DNA of 64,000 nt from Selaginella moellendorffii (lineage: Eukaryota > Plantae > Lycopodiophyta), in the NCBI RefSeq assembly GCF_000143415.4, contig NW_003314266.1, positions 3,232,398 through 3,296,397 of the forward strand. Reading direction: 5' to 3'. The position numbers and the translations under genes were made by a program. Below the pieces are notes generated by a model. It made no database searches. It had not been told where the DNA came from and saw nothing but the letters and a program-made list of their open reading frames with translations. Each line of letters starts with the position of its first letter. The first letter of the stretch is position 1. Below are positions 24,301 to 37,700 of the stretch, in pieces.

Positions 24301-25109
24301 ACTATCATCAGGATAACTGGTTCGATATCCTTCCCCTTGCTGAGTTCTCCTATAACAACTCTGTTCACTCCTCTCTTCGAGTTTCCCCCTTCTTTGCGAA
24401 CTCTGGCCGAAATCCCCGATTCAATCTCTCACTTCCTTCTCCATCTGAATCCTCTCGTTCAAATCCCCGCTCTGAGGCATTTATCTCCAACCTCCAGGAA
24501 ATCCACAACTCCATCTCCTTCCACCTCCATCGTGCTCAGGAATTTCATAAAATATTTGCCAATGTCCATCGTCAAGATTGTCCCCCTTACAATATCGGGG
24601 ATAAAGTCTGGCTCCTCAGGCGAAATATCTCCACCACCAGGCCCTGTCCAAAACTCAATTTCAAACGCCTTGGTCCCTTCCCTATCACTGCCATCATTAA
24701 TCCTGTCACTTATCGCCTTGCACTTCCCTCCTCATATCAAATTCACCCCGTTTTTCACTCCTCTCTCCTTGAGCCTTATATTCCCAGTCCTATTCCAAAT
24801 CGGGTCATTCCTCCACCTCCACCAGTGCAGCTCGAGGATGGGTCTGAGTACGAGGTTCAGGACATCCTTGATTCCAATATTTCACGGTCTAAACTCTACT
24901 ATCTGGTGGACTGGAAGGGTTACGGACCTGAGGAACGCACTTGGGAACCTGCCGACAACCTGCTTCATTCTCCTGACCTTGTTCAGGACTTCCACCGCCG
25001 CTATCCTTCTCGTCCCAGTCCTCATTCTTTTTCTCCATCTCCCATCCCTCGCCGCTCATCTCATCCTCCTCTTCGTTCTCGTTCACATCCTCGTTCCACT
25101 CGTTCTTGA
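21351..25109 (+). pseudogene. pol: Pol (PR-RT-RNaseH-INT-chromodomain) with a single premature TGA at 24258-24260
   Basis: [45 protein letters not shown] (GPY/F module) and YEVQDILDS..YLVDWKGY. Confidence 0.93.
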
Positions 25110-25507
25110 GGAGGGGGTGCTGTCAGGAATCCCCCAATTCTTGCCACATTCCTGACTCTCGCCGGATTCCTGACCTGCAGACCACATTCCTGACTCTCAA
25201 GACACTTCCCTATTCCTGACTCTCGAGACACTTTCCTATTCCTGACTCTCGAGACACTTCCCGATTCCTGAGTCTCGAGCCACATTCCTGATGATGATGT
25301 GGTGCCTCCTCGACCTCAGCTATATTTAGGCCGTCCTCGATCCAAGAGTGGTGGAGCTTCATCAACCTATAGTATATATAGGTTAGCCTTGTTCCATTTC
25401 TCCACAATCTGAATCAACGCCAGTCTAAGGCCTCTTCTTTGTTTCCACTAGCTTTTCTCTTTGTCTTTTTGCATTTTCCAATCTTGATCTTGTCAGGGGT
25501 CTTGACA

Positions 25508-26454
25508 CTCGGCTTGGCTCTTAGTTCTCTTTTGCTCTGTCTTACACTAGCTTGACAAGAACCCTTGCATATTGAGATTGGTCCCTCAATATTGCTGGAT
25601 GATAGCTTACCGTGTCTGCCAAACACCCTCGCTATCATGCCCTTTGTGTTAGTCTTAATTCTGTCCTAAATGCTATTTATGAAAAGTGTCTAGATTTGCT
25701 CATTTGGCATATCTACGAAATGTAGAGATTAGCCTGAACACAATGGTGTTCGTCCCGTGTCCAAATTCGCAATCTAGCACCATTCCATATTTAGTAAATT
25801 TTGAGTTTGTCCCAGAGACAAACTCCTGATACTAAGGGAGGCTTGGGGTGAAAACCCAAAGCGTGTGTTCCTCAAGGGGGCGGGGGGGGGGGGGGGGCTG
25901 TGGGGGTTCCAAATGTATAGTAGGGATAGTGGGTAGGTCGGGTATGGCCGACTAATCTGAGGTATAGTCTAGTTTCTGCTTGCGTGCTTGTCTTTGGTCT
26001 GTGTTCGGCCTTGGGTCTAAGCCCAAGTTCCATTCCATGCTAGCTGGTGGAGTACCCATGTCCTTGCGTTAGACCACCAGTATGCCGAAATAGTGCCAAA
26101 CTCCATTTGGCTCCGTTTTACATGCTGGTCCTGGCATTAGGATGCTGGTTACTCTAAGACTGTTCTAAGTCACTCCGGGCTCCTGTCCCTTCACTCCTTG
26201 GGCTGTTTGCTCAGGAGTTGCTCAATTGGTCCAATTCCATCACTCTTTGGCTCCATGCTTGGGAGTTTGGCACTGTTCCTTCGTTTAGTGGCCCAAGGCC
26301 CTGAACCTCGGGTTCCACACCACTGTCCTTTGGACATGTGGCATATGACACGTGGCATGTGTCACGTGGCATAAAGAGGGTTTAGGTTCCGCTTCATGGT
26401 GTTATTCTATGGTAAATCACCATAGGATAAAGGGTCAAAACCACGTGCACTACA
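25508..26454 (+). mobile_element. Partial family-B LTR
   Basis: Matches 49315-50255; ends CACGTGCACTACA. Confidence 0.85.
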
Positions 26455-27507
26455 TTGGGTGTCCCAATGATGGCTTCTTTGACAATGAACATTCTCTTTA
26501 CGACATTGACTTACTATATCGCAATATAAGCAATTTATCCCCCATAAGGGTATATCTAACTTCCTTATCCCAATAAGAAGTTTTAGGTAGTTACCTTCTA
26601 CCAGTTTAACCAATTATGTTACACCCTTTGCTTAGTTACCTCATAATTGTCAAATCCTACAACTCATTGCTGGTGCTTCCACACCTCCATCATTATTTGG
26701 GTTACCACACTCCAACCGCATGCCTTCTAGCTTAGGCTATGTCATTTTCATTTCTGTTAGGATTCCTTTGGGAAGGGGTTCTCATGAACCTGCCAACTTG
26801 ACCTTAAAGCATCACGCCTTGGCACATTTGGTGTCTCCACACCATTGGCTCTACAAGTGTACCTTTACGACACTTCCCATTTGTGTCTGGGTCTTTGCCA
26901 AGACCAAAAAAGTCATTTCTCATGCCAACTATCAATTAGCACTGCACCATAGTATTTACTCACAACTCTATGCCAAAGTTGTTTTCTCTTGGGAACACCT
27001 TCCCCAAGACTTTAGTATAGCACATCTTGCCATCGATGGGATACCCACTGTTCTCATACTTGGATCTTATGATCCTCCCCATCCTTCGTGGGGTACAACA
27101 CACCTCAGTCCAAATGCTTCCACCAGTTCTTTAGAACCATTCCTTGACTCCACTTGAGTCATCTAGCTTTTTGGACTTCACTAATCTGGCCACCTATAAA
27201 GTCCCATTTTGAGGTGCCAACTCGTTAGAATACAACTTCTTGTATTCATGTCCTACCTATAAAGACTATTCTTGCAAGTGTTATTCCGACACTTGATTAT
27301 TCTTTGTTCTCTAGGGGCAACTTTTGCCCCTTAAGACTACTTGTCCATGTTATGAGAATACCCACTCATCCTCTAAGTACACCCCCAACTTCTTGGGTTG
27401 TTCCAACATTTATAAAAGGTAGCCCCGGCTACCATTTCAAGGACTTGTGTCTTATCCGTATTGGACCTCTCACAGTCATCAATTCCGGTCTCAAATTCAT
27501 GAGCACT
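26455..27507 (-). mobile_element. Fragment of family-F LTR element internal region
   Basis: 26455-26790 matches 61771-62108; 27310-27505 matches 56757-56950. Confidence 0.7.
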
Positions 27508-30440
27508 AGCACGCTGACAAGCTGGTGTCCAATGAAATGGTATACTACTCTTCGTCAACTCAGTCAACAGAAGGGCAATTCTTGCAAAATTATGGACAAA
27601 CTTGCGATAGTATCCTGCCAAACTGAGAAAAAACGAACATCTGATACAGTGGTCGGGACTTCCCATGACTTCACCACTTCCACCTTCTTTGGATCGACCT
27701 CAATTACGCCACTACCAACTATATGTCTGAGAAAGTTTATGCGTAATTGTCCAAAAGCGAATTTACTTTCCTCAGCATATAATTTGTGTTCGCACAACTT
27801 TTGAAACACCAGCTCCAAGTGTTTCAAATGATCCTCCAACATTTCACTGAAGACTAGAACATCATCGATATATAGGACAACAAATGTGTCCAAATAATCT
27901 CCAAATATTCTATCCATCATAGTGCTGAACGTTGCCAGAGCATTGTATAACCCAAACAGCATGACAAGGAACTCATAAGATCCATACCGAGTCTTAAAGG
28001 CTGTTTTCTCCACATCCTGATCTGCCACCCGTATCTGATGATACCCGGATCACAAATCAAGTCACATAAAATACTTAGCCTTTAAGAGTTTGTCAAACAA
28101 GTTATCAATGCGAGGCAAAGGATAACTGTTTTTGACCGTGATTTTATTGAGTGCCCGATAGTCGATACACATCCTCATGGTTCTATCCTTTTTCATAACA
28201 AAAAGGACCGGTGCTCCATAAGGTGACTTGCTTGGTTGGATATGACCTTTGTCAAGAAGCTCCGTGAGTTGCTTCTTGAGTTTAGCCATCTCCTTGATGT
28301 TCAATCAATACAAAGCTTTCATTGGTAGTTTAGAACCCAGAATAACCTCAATCTTATGATCAACCTCACAGCTAGGAGGTAGCCCTAGCGGCAAATCCTT
28401 CAGAAAGATATCCTGATTCTGCGTCAATAACTCTAATATCTTCTTTTGTTCAGGATCAACTCCATCGCTGATTCAAATTGAGTCACCAACACCCTCAGCT
28501 TCCATCACTTGAACCCAAAAGGTCTAACATCCCTTCTTAGCTGCTTTATGAGTGGCCCTCGTAGTCAGGAACTCAGCATCCCAATCCTTTAAGGAGCACT
28601 TTTGCAACTGGAAAGACACATTAGGACGTCCTTTTGACTTCAATATGATAGGACTTTGTCTAGCACCATAAATCCCTTTAATATATTTGTTGAAGAAATC
28701 CATACCAAACACCATTTGAAAATCTGGTATCTTCAACACTACCAAGTCCACTCTTTCTTTCCACTTGGATATTTTTATTGAAACATCACTCTCAAATTTT
28801 CTGGCTACTTGCCCATCTTCTGCAAACCGGAAGTGCATAGGTGACATTTACTCAGCATTCAATCCTAACAACTTAAGTAAATCTTCGGATATCATGTTGT
28901 GTGTAGCTCCCGTGTTGATCATCACTCGGATTTGGTGTCCACAGACAAAGCCTACCATCAACAGATCAGTGTTTGCATTGACTGCGAGAAAAACTTGAGG
29001 AAAGCAACAAAATTAACTCACCTCCTCTTCCTCATAGTCTGCATTGACCAACTCGTCAACCCCTTCGGCTTCACCACCACCGTCTTCCCTCATGAAATTA
29101 ACACGAGACCTTGTCTTATGCTTGTTGGGACATTCCAAGGACCTATGTCCCGACTCTCCACAATGGAAGCAATGACCCACACTACCCGTTCCGCTATGAG
29201 CAGGTTTTGCATGTTGCTACTACTTGTACCCACCAGGAGGAGGAATAGAGGGCATAGGACCAGAAGAAGCTGTTGGTGGTCTCCAACCACCACCATCTTT
29301 GTTAACTATTGCTTGTGAGCCTCTACGGAACCTTCCTTCCACCCTCTATTTCTGATCACCTTGTTTATTCCCAGAATTCCTATTCTTATCTGAGGTACCA
29401 ACATACGGCTGCTGATATTGTTCCATGAGTGAGTGACTAAAGGCAACTTGCTGCGCTGCCTCCTTACACTCTAGGTATGTCTTCAGGTTAAACTTTTAAA
29501 TCTCATTGCAAGAAAGTGAACTTAAACCCTCTAGAAAATAACTTTGAGCATCTTCATCACTCATTTTTTTGCAATCATAATGCGCTTCTGAGCAAACGCA
29601 TTAATGTAATGCATGAGGTCCCCTCACTGCTTTAACGGCCACAGCTCCGCATGAAGTCTTAGACCAAGATCATTCGGCAAATATTCCTTATGGATACAAG
29701 ACCGCATCTTGGTCCAACTTCTAGTTTGCCCTTTTTCAGCACACACCTGGTGCCACAAAGTTTTGGCATGATCAATAAGAAAGGATTGCGCGCACGCAAC
29801 TTTCGTACGATCATCTACATCTACCACTATCTCTAGCAAGAGTTTCCTCCTCTCGATTCACCCGTCTAGAGGTTTCAGCGTCATCAGCACGGTTCCTTTT
29901 CACCATCCTGCTAACTGCATGCATGCCTCTATTAGTAACTGAACATGCATACAACATTCTTACCGAATGGTGCAATCCCACTAATACTACACAAGTTGTT
30001 TCGGATCTACCAGAAGAGTCTCTACGTATGCCACTTGAGTTAGAAAACCCGACAAAAGTTGGATAGAAATCGCTGAGACAATTCCTCTGATACCAAATGT
30101 AGCGCACCTGAATTTGGAGCCGAACTCCAAGCCCGTTGCACTATGAAACGAGGGTCCGGTACAATCCCATGAGCACCAGCTCCCCGTATCCAACACCTGC
30201 ACACAAAATGGTATCAGACGGAATCTTGCAAAAATTTGGAATACCGGTGGCCTAACGCGAGGAGGAGGGTACCCCACCAACTAGAGCAGCATGGAGCTTG
30301 GGCTTAGACCCAAGCCGGACATAAAAATAAGGAGCAACACAGCCCAGCGGGAGCCAAACTAATGTCTCAAGTGGTCAGACATGCATTCCAACCACTATCC
30401 CTACTATACATTTGGAACCCCCTATAGCCCCTGCCCCCAA
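27508..30440 (-). mobile_element. Inverted 5' part of Met-primed chromovirus D: partial LTR (30108-30440), PBS, degraded gag-PR-RT
   Basis: Minus-strand ...GCGCTACA followed by TTTGGTATCAGAG (tRNA-Met PBS). RT fragments [19 protein letters not shown] and YIDD. Confidence 0.85.
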
Positions 30441-33400
30441 CCCTTTTGGGTTCAAGTGATGGAAGCTGAGGGTGTTGGTGACTCAATTCGAATCAGGGAC
30501 GGAGTTGATCCTGTACCAAAGAAGATATTGGAGTTATTGATGCAGAATCAGGATATCTTTCCGAAGGATTTGCCGCCAGGGCTACCTCCTAGCTGTGAGG
30601 TTGATCATAATATTGAGGTTATTTTGGGTTCTAAACCACCTATAAAAGCTCTGTATTAATTGAACATCAAGGAGATGGCTAAACTCAAGAAGCAATTCAC
30701 AGAGCTTCTTGACAAAGGTCATATCCGACCAAGCAAGTCACTTTATGGAGCGCTAGTCCTTTTTGTTATGAAAAAGGATGGAACCATGAGGATGTGTATT
30801 GACTATCGAGCACTCAATAAGATTATGATCAAAAATAGTTATCCTTTGCCTCTCATTGATGACTTGTTTGACCAACTCTTAAAGGCTAAGTATTTTATGT
30901 AACTTGATTTGTGATCCGGGTATCATCAAATACGGGTGGCAGATCAGGATGTGGAGAAAACAGCCTTTAAGACTTGGTATGGATCTTATGAGTTCCTTGT
31001 CATGCTGTTTAGGTTATACAATGCTTTGGCAACGTTCAGCACTATAATGGATAGAATATTTGGAGATTATTTGGACACATTTGTTGTCCTATATATCGAT
31101 GATGTTCTAGTCTTCAGTGAAATGTTGGAGGATCATTTGAAACACTTGGAGCTGGTGTTTCAGAAGTTGTGTGAACACAAATTATATGCTAAGAAAAGTA
31201 AATGCGCTTTTGGACAATTGTGCGTAAACTTTCTCAGACATATAGTTAGTAGTGGTGTAATTGAGGTCGATCCAAAGAAGGTGGAAGTGGTGAAGTCATG
31301 GGAAGTCCTGACCATTGTATCAGATGTTTGTTCCTTTTTTGGTTTGGCAGGATACTATTGCAAGTTTGTCCACAATTTTGCAAGAATTGCCCTTTCGTTT
31401 ACTGAGTTGATGAAGAGTAGTATACCATTTCATTGGACACCAGCTTGTCAGTGCGCTTTTGTACAGTTGAAGGAGATCTTGACTACTGTTCCTGTTCTCA
31501 GGATCCTAAATCTTGATAAACCCTTCGAAGTGCATTGTGATGCATTTGGCTATGCTGTTGGTGCCATGTTGCAGCAAGATTGTGACAAAGTGGTTGATGT
31601 TATGCTAAGGCAACATGGTTGTCCTGTTGCATTCTAGTCTAAGAAATTGGATGAAACTCAAAGAAGATGGCCAACGCATAAGAAAGAGATGTTTGCTATA
31701 GTGTCAGCCCTGGAACACTGAAGACACTACTTGGTGGACATACCAAGGTTTATATGGATAGTAACACATTGAGCTACTTTGCTACGCAGCCTAAGCTTAT
31801 GCCAAAGCCGGCTCGTTGGCAAGAGAAGCTTGCTAGATATGATATTGAAATCATATATAAACCTGGTAAAGACAATATTGTCTCGGATGCATTGAGTCGT
31901 CAGGCTCAATTCCGGGCAATATCGGCAATCAATTCGGACTGGTTAGAGGATGTTTGGGCTTTGTATAGAAGTGATCCATTGGCGAAGGCAATCTTACACC
32001 GTGCGGAGTTGTCGAAGCAAAACCCTGGTAGTGAAGCAGCAAAAGTTGCTAGTCAAACCAATGTAAAGCTTCACTACTCAGTTCGGGATGGCTTATATTC
32101 TATAAGCAAGAAAGATTGTATCTTCCCTTTAAGGATCTGCAACAGTTGTTTCTGCAGGAACATCATGATGTTCCAGCAGCGGGACATGGTGGAAAGCCAA
32201 AGACTCTGGCTTCATTGAAAAAGGGATTTTTCTGGTCTGGTATGGAAGGTGATGTAGCGGACTATGTTTGTTCCTGCCCTATATACCAGCTATGTAATTG
32301 CAAAACTGAGACACAGGCTGGAAAGTTGCAGTGCATTCCAGCACCGGCGTGGCCATTTCAAAGTGTGACACTTGATTTCGTCACTTGCTTGCCGAAGTCT
32401 AAGGGTTATGTTACTTTGATGGTGGTTGTGGATCGGTTGTTGAAGATTGCACACTTCATTCCAACTGTGGAAACAGTGAATGCGAAGCAAGCAGCAAAGC
32501 TCTTTTTCCATGAAGTAGTGTGTGTTCGTGGTCTTCCCGAAGAGATGATCTTGGATAGAGATTCGAGGTTTATGGGGAAGTTTTGGGGCACACTATTCCA
32601 ATTGTTTAGTATTAAGTTGAAGTTTAGTACGGCTTATCATCCTCAAACTAATGGGCAGACTGAACGTGTGAATGCGCAAGTTAAGGATTATCTGTAGTAT
32701 TATATCGTGGCGAACCAACGCAACAAGGTTGAGCATTTACACACAAAAGAAATCTGTTATAACAACACATTTCACAACACTATTGGCTGTTCTCCATGGG
32801 AGATGCTGCAAGGGAATGCTCGTGGGTTCTTCAACAGATTGTTGTAGCGAAACTAATGTCTGAAATGTTGGTCTCGGCTATTGAGACTTATGTAGAGCAG
32901 CTACACCAAGGTTGTTCTTCAGCTACTAAGGCGATGGGCAAAGCTCATGATAAGTATCAATGTGATAAGGATCAGCATCTTTAGGATGTATCCTATCAAG
33001 TGGGAGATTAGGTGTGGCTATCTTCCCAGAACTTGAACATTAAGGGATCTTTGTCTCGGAAGCTATTATCGAGATATGTTGGACCCTATTGGGTGTTGAA
33101 ACGAATTGGTGATATATCCTATGGGTTGGATCTTTTTGCGGAGATGTCCCATGTTTATAATGTATTTCATGCCAATCTCTTGGCTCCTTATACTATGGAT
33201 GTTGCATGACACGAGAAGATTCATCCGCCACCAGATGTTGTGGACAGTGAACCAGAATATGAAGTTGAAGCTATCTTGGATTCTTGGTCTCGGAGACAGG
33301 CTCGTGCGAAGGAATATCTAGTTAAGTGGAAAGTTTACCCATCTTGTGCATCAACTTGGGAACCTCTTAGGATCTGACACATACTAATGAGCTTGTCACG

Positions 33401-34719
33401 GAGTATGAAAACCATAATAAAGAATAATTTTGTAATTCTTGTAATAAATCTTGCAAATTAATAAAGTAATATATTTTTATAAATCAAAGTGTCGTTTCTC
33501 TCGTTCATTAGTACTTGTGTCAGTTTTGGTAGGTTGACTTCAGCACTTCGGTGCATGGGTCCAATTCATAACCATAGGGATAACTATTATAGACTGATCA
33601 CAAATCCCCGCCTCTCTCTCGATGACTCACTATTGCAAAGGGGCATGGTCGTGTAAACAACTTAATTTGCCAATTTATAATAATTGTCTAAATCTTCCCG
33701 ACAGGGTTGATTTCTTGCTCAAGGGAAGTTGGGCCTTTGGCCTTCTCCTTATGTCCCTGCGGGCAAGGATGTATCATTCCTTTGTAAGCCAAGTGGTACT
33801 CGGAGCAACAAGGGTGGCTAACTCCATTAGTCATTTCCTTGTCAGTGACAGCCGGAGGGTGTCTGAGCTTTAACGTCTTTGGATGTAGAGAGGAGAGGTC
33901 ATTCTATAACTCATTTAAGTTGGTGTGTTTCCCACATAGTGTGCTTTTCATTAACTTTCGGAGTTCTTTCCTTGACGGTTTGCTAGACTCAGATATGCAT
34001 CGACGAGGATGTCGATCTTCCTCAAGGGGGGGAAGAGTGTTATGAATGTGACTTCGGGTATCGAAAGTGATTTTGTGTTAGTCTCAGTTCAGTCCCAAAT
34101 AGTATTTATGGAAAGTGTCTAGATTTGATCATTTGGCATATCTATGGAATATAGAGGTCGGCCTGAACACAATGGTGTTCGTCCCGTGTCCAAATTCGCA
34201 ATCTAGGGACATTCCATATTTAGTAAGTTTCGAGCTTGTCCCAGAGACTAACTCCCAGAGTATTAAAGAAGGCTTGGAAGCTCTATTTCGTTAAAGTGGG
34301 AATTGTCATTATCCCACTTGTAAAATAAGGTTTCCAAACCTTTATATAGTATATAAATATAACAAAATTCAACTGCATTGAGGCACATGCCATTTTATTT
34401 TAAACAAGGAAATGTCTACTCAATCACTTCTCCTCCCCCTGCCACTGCTTCACCTCTCTCTTCTCCTTGTCATCGTCGTCCAATTTCTTTCCATCCTTTT
34501 AATATTGGCTCAGTTGCTCCGAGTCTAGGTGGAGCCCAAGTCCCCATTCAATCTTTACTTTCCCATTATTAATAAAACAACTTCGTAGACTTCCAATAAC
34601 ATGCTGTAACACTTCTAGTATAATGCAAATCCTCTCAAAGAATTGTCTTTTAATATTAATACAATAGCATGGAACCCCATGCCATAATAAGTTACATTTT
34701 TAAATAAATACATGCCATC

Positions 34720-37700
34720 TCAGACTGTTATTTTTTGCCTCCAACGCCTATACAATAATCTTGGATTTTCATCACTCTCCACACTATCAGGATTTAAACC
34801 CAATAGTAATGCCATCTCTTCTCTAATACGTCCACGCTCATGTTCAGTGGTCGAAGAACCCATCCGGTTGAGCAGATTATGGAGATGCGGATAGTGCTTG
34901 GCTAGACAATATACATGCCATAAATGATGACTGGTGTCTGTCCGATCAAATGGCTTCTGATATACCGTTCCATCTGCCATTTGGTTGATTTCTGCAGCCA
35001 CCTCCTGGACTGGCCGGTTCTCTATCACCATCGCTCCAAGCCGTTTTGCAAGGTCCCCCAGAACATACGGTTTCTTCTCCCTAGTTTCCATACTGCAAGA
35101 GATGGGGTGCACTACATATGTGTGCGTGTTCGCTGCAGTTTTAATCGGCGAGTCATTGATGATGAGGATTTCACTTGAGCTAGCAGTCCGGTTCATCACT
35201 ACAGCCTCTGGCTTGACGAAGATGGGCTTGCTACCCCTCACATGGACCATAGTCAAGCAATCCTCCTGCGTTAGGAGAAAGTCAAATGGTAATATTACTC
35301 GCGTCTGATCGTGCATCATCTGTAGCAACGTTAATGCATTGTGGCGCATCATGGATGTCCAAACTCCCAATTGCAAATTGAACCCGGCCCTCTGTTTTAA
35401 GTGTCGCATGGTCATTATTAGATCCCGCAGTTTCTCCCGTGTGATTAATGTGAATCTGTCTCTTTTGACCAACTTGCGACCGCAGGCTTTGGAGGGTGCA
35501 ATGACATTCGAGGACGAGCCACGCTCATGGGAGAAAAGGACACCGTTCAGATCAAAAACGATACAGTACCTTCGCCGTGACTCTGAAATGAAATGCGTTA
35601 GCATAAAAAATGGTACAAGTCAATTTTACCATCTACAATATTAGCGAATGTTGCTCCCGATGGTCGTTGAGAGGGTTTTGGTCGAGGAAACGTGAAGGGC
35701 GGAAATACTCTCCTCTGCAATGTGGGGTCAATTGCATCCGATGACGTGTGGGCACATGCCATTTCAGCTGTAGACTCTGGTACAACTGGCTCAACAGTGG
35801 CATGGGGTGGTTCCGATGGCGTGTGATCACACACCATTTCAGCTGGTGCCTCCGTTGGCAAAGTGGACATGACCGAACAGGCAGCAGGGGCGGTGTACGG
35901 AGGTTCCAATGGCGCGTAGTCAGACGATTGGGCACACGTTGAGTCCGTTGGAAATGAGGATACGACCGGCTCGGCGGCTGGGGCGGCCTCATGTGGGTCC
36001 AATGGCGCCTGGTCACCGTCAGTTGGATACGTGGACAAGATTGACTCAGTGGTATGGGCAGCATCAAGTGGAGCGTGGTCAGCTTGCTTGGCGTTGATAT
36101 GGATAGTAGCCTCCACCAGCTCTGATGACTCTTGCAGCCAAGTCGAGTCCACTGGCGGATCCATATGCATGTCCAAATATCTCCCTTCGATTGAGATGGT
36201 ATCCTCCCGTGCTACTAAAAACAAACTCATTAGCACATTGAATCGACTATACTGTATTTACCATCAACTGCTATTGAGGAACTAGGACCGATATCACTTG
36301 AGCGCACTGCTGATTCTGAAGGATTGGACATACGTTTCGACCCTTGCTTGGCACTATCCTTCCTCGACACTAAAGGCTAGAGTTTGTAAATTCAACTGAA
36401 TAATCTCTACTTACCATTTGCTCTGCGACCTACATGGACAATGTTAGAAATGGTAAAAGGTTAGGAATGGATGTACTATTATTTACCTGATGGTTTGTCT
36501 TGTATGACCTTCCTCCGCCGCTCTTTGGCCACCTCAGGCTGGCCATCGTCGTCATCATCGTCGTCGTCGTTATTGTGATCGTCACCATTGTGAGGACCAT
36601 CCAAGTCCTCTTCGTCCTCCTCTTCTTTGTCCTCCTCTTCTTTGTCCTCCTCTTCGTCCTTCTGCTCTTCTTGCTCATTATCTTTCTCTGGCTCCTCATC
36701 CCCCTCCTGCATTTCTTCCATAGGCTGCTCAGGCTGGATGGCTTGTTCTTCCAGGACCATCTTGGGAAAATCATCTGGCCGAGTCTCCATCTCAAAATAC
36801 AAGACATCCATAGCTTGTTTTAGTGCGTGACCTAGGACCGTATCCTCACCCGACTGTCTTAACATGGTTTCTGCACGTTCTTGCACCCTTCGAAGACGAC
36901 GAGATGAGAAAAACGTGGCCCTGACTTGAAAAGCTTCCCTCATCCATTGTACCTCTCCATTGAGATTGGGGAAGGGGAGTCCACCATAGGAATCTGAGTC
37001 ATGAGGTGGTGACTGCCTGCTTTCACTCAGCCCTTGATCTGCAATGAATGGCATGAGCACACACGCCATAACCGCGAGGCATTACCTATCATCTTTTCGT
37101 TGCCCTTCTTCCTTTTCAAATCAAACGCCTCTGATCTCGATGACTGTCCAACGTGCTTTCGCTTTTTATGACCACTGTCAGTTTGAGCTTGGCTGGTGCT
37201 TGCCTGTTTTGCCTTTGAAGAAGTTTCTCCTGCAAGGAATGGCATGAGACCACACGCCATTGCAAATATAATTTGTACCTCCTTTTTTTCTATTGCTTGT
37301 CTGTTTGTCCTTCTTCGATGCGCCACCAGTGCGCTTTTCAGTCCTCGTGTCTGAATATTCACAACGATCTATAATCAAAATGGCGTGAGGCCTCACGTGA
37401 CCTTACCTTGTGCAGGTTGTGAGCTCGGCCCAACATGGGTATCTTCAACAGTAGCTGTTAATGCCGTTTCAGCATCTGGGGGTGGCCACGCTCCTGCATA
37501 CAGAGCTTGTGAGATAACATTTAAACTTAAAGTGTGTACTCACCAGGTTCGCAGAGAAGATACTGTTTTTCTTTGGCAACTGTAATTATATGCTCCATTG
37601 AAGTCACCTCTTCAATGGAGTTTGTCACCGCAACACACGGGACACCCTTGAGTAGTGCGGCTCGAAAGAATAGTCCGCCGCAGTTGTACTCAACAACGCA

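Larger units (their letters stand above)
7481..25507 (+). mobile_element. Tcn1-like Ty3/Gypsy chromovirus (LTRs 7481-7867 and 25121-25507), interrupted by the DNA transposon at 7897-20332
   Basis: Two 387-bp TG..CA LTRs differing at ~7 transitions. PPT GAGGAGGGGG before the 3' LTR. Domain order gag-PR-RT-RH-INT-chromodomain. Confidence 0.93.

Noticed and set aside
25876-25906. G-run as a functional G-quadruplex
   Set aside because: It is a length-variable homopolymer present in several family-B/D LTR copies; there is no evidence beyond composition.
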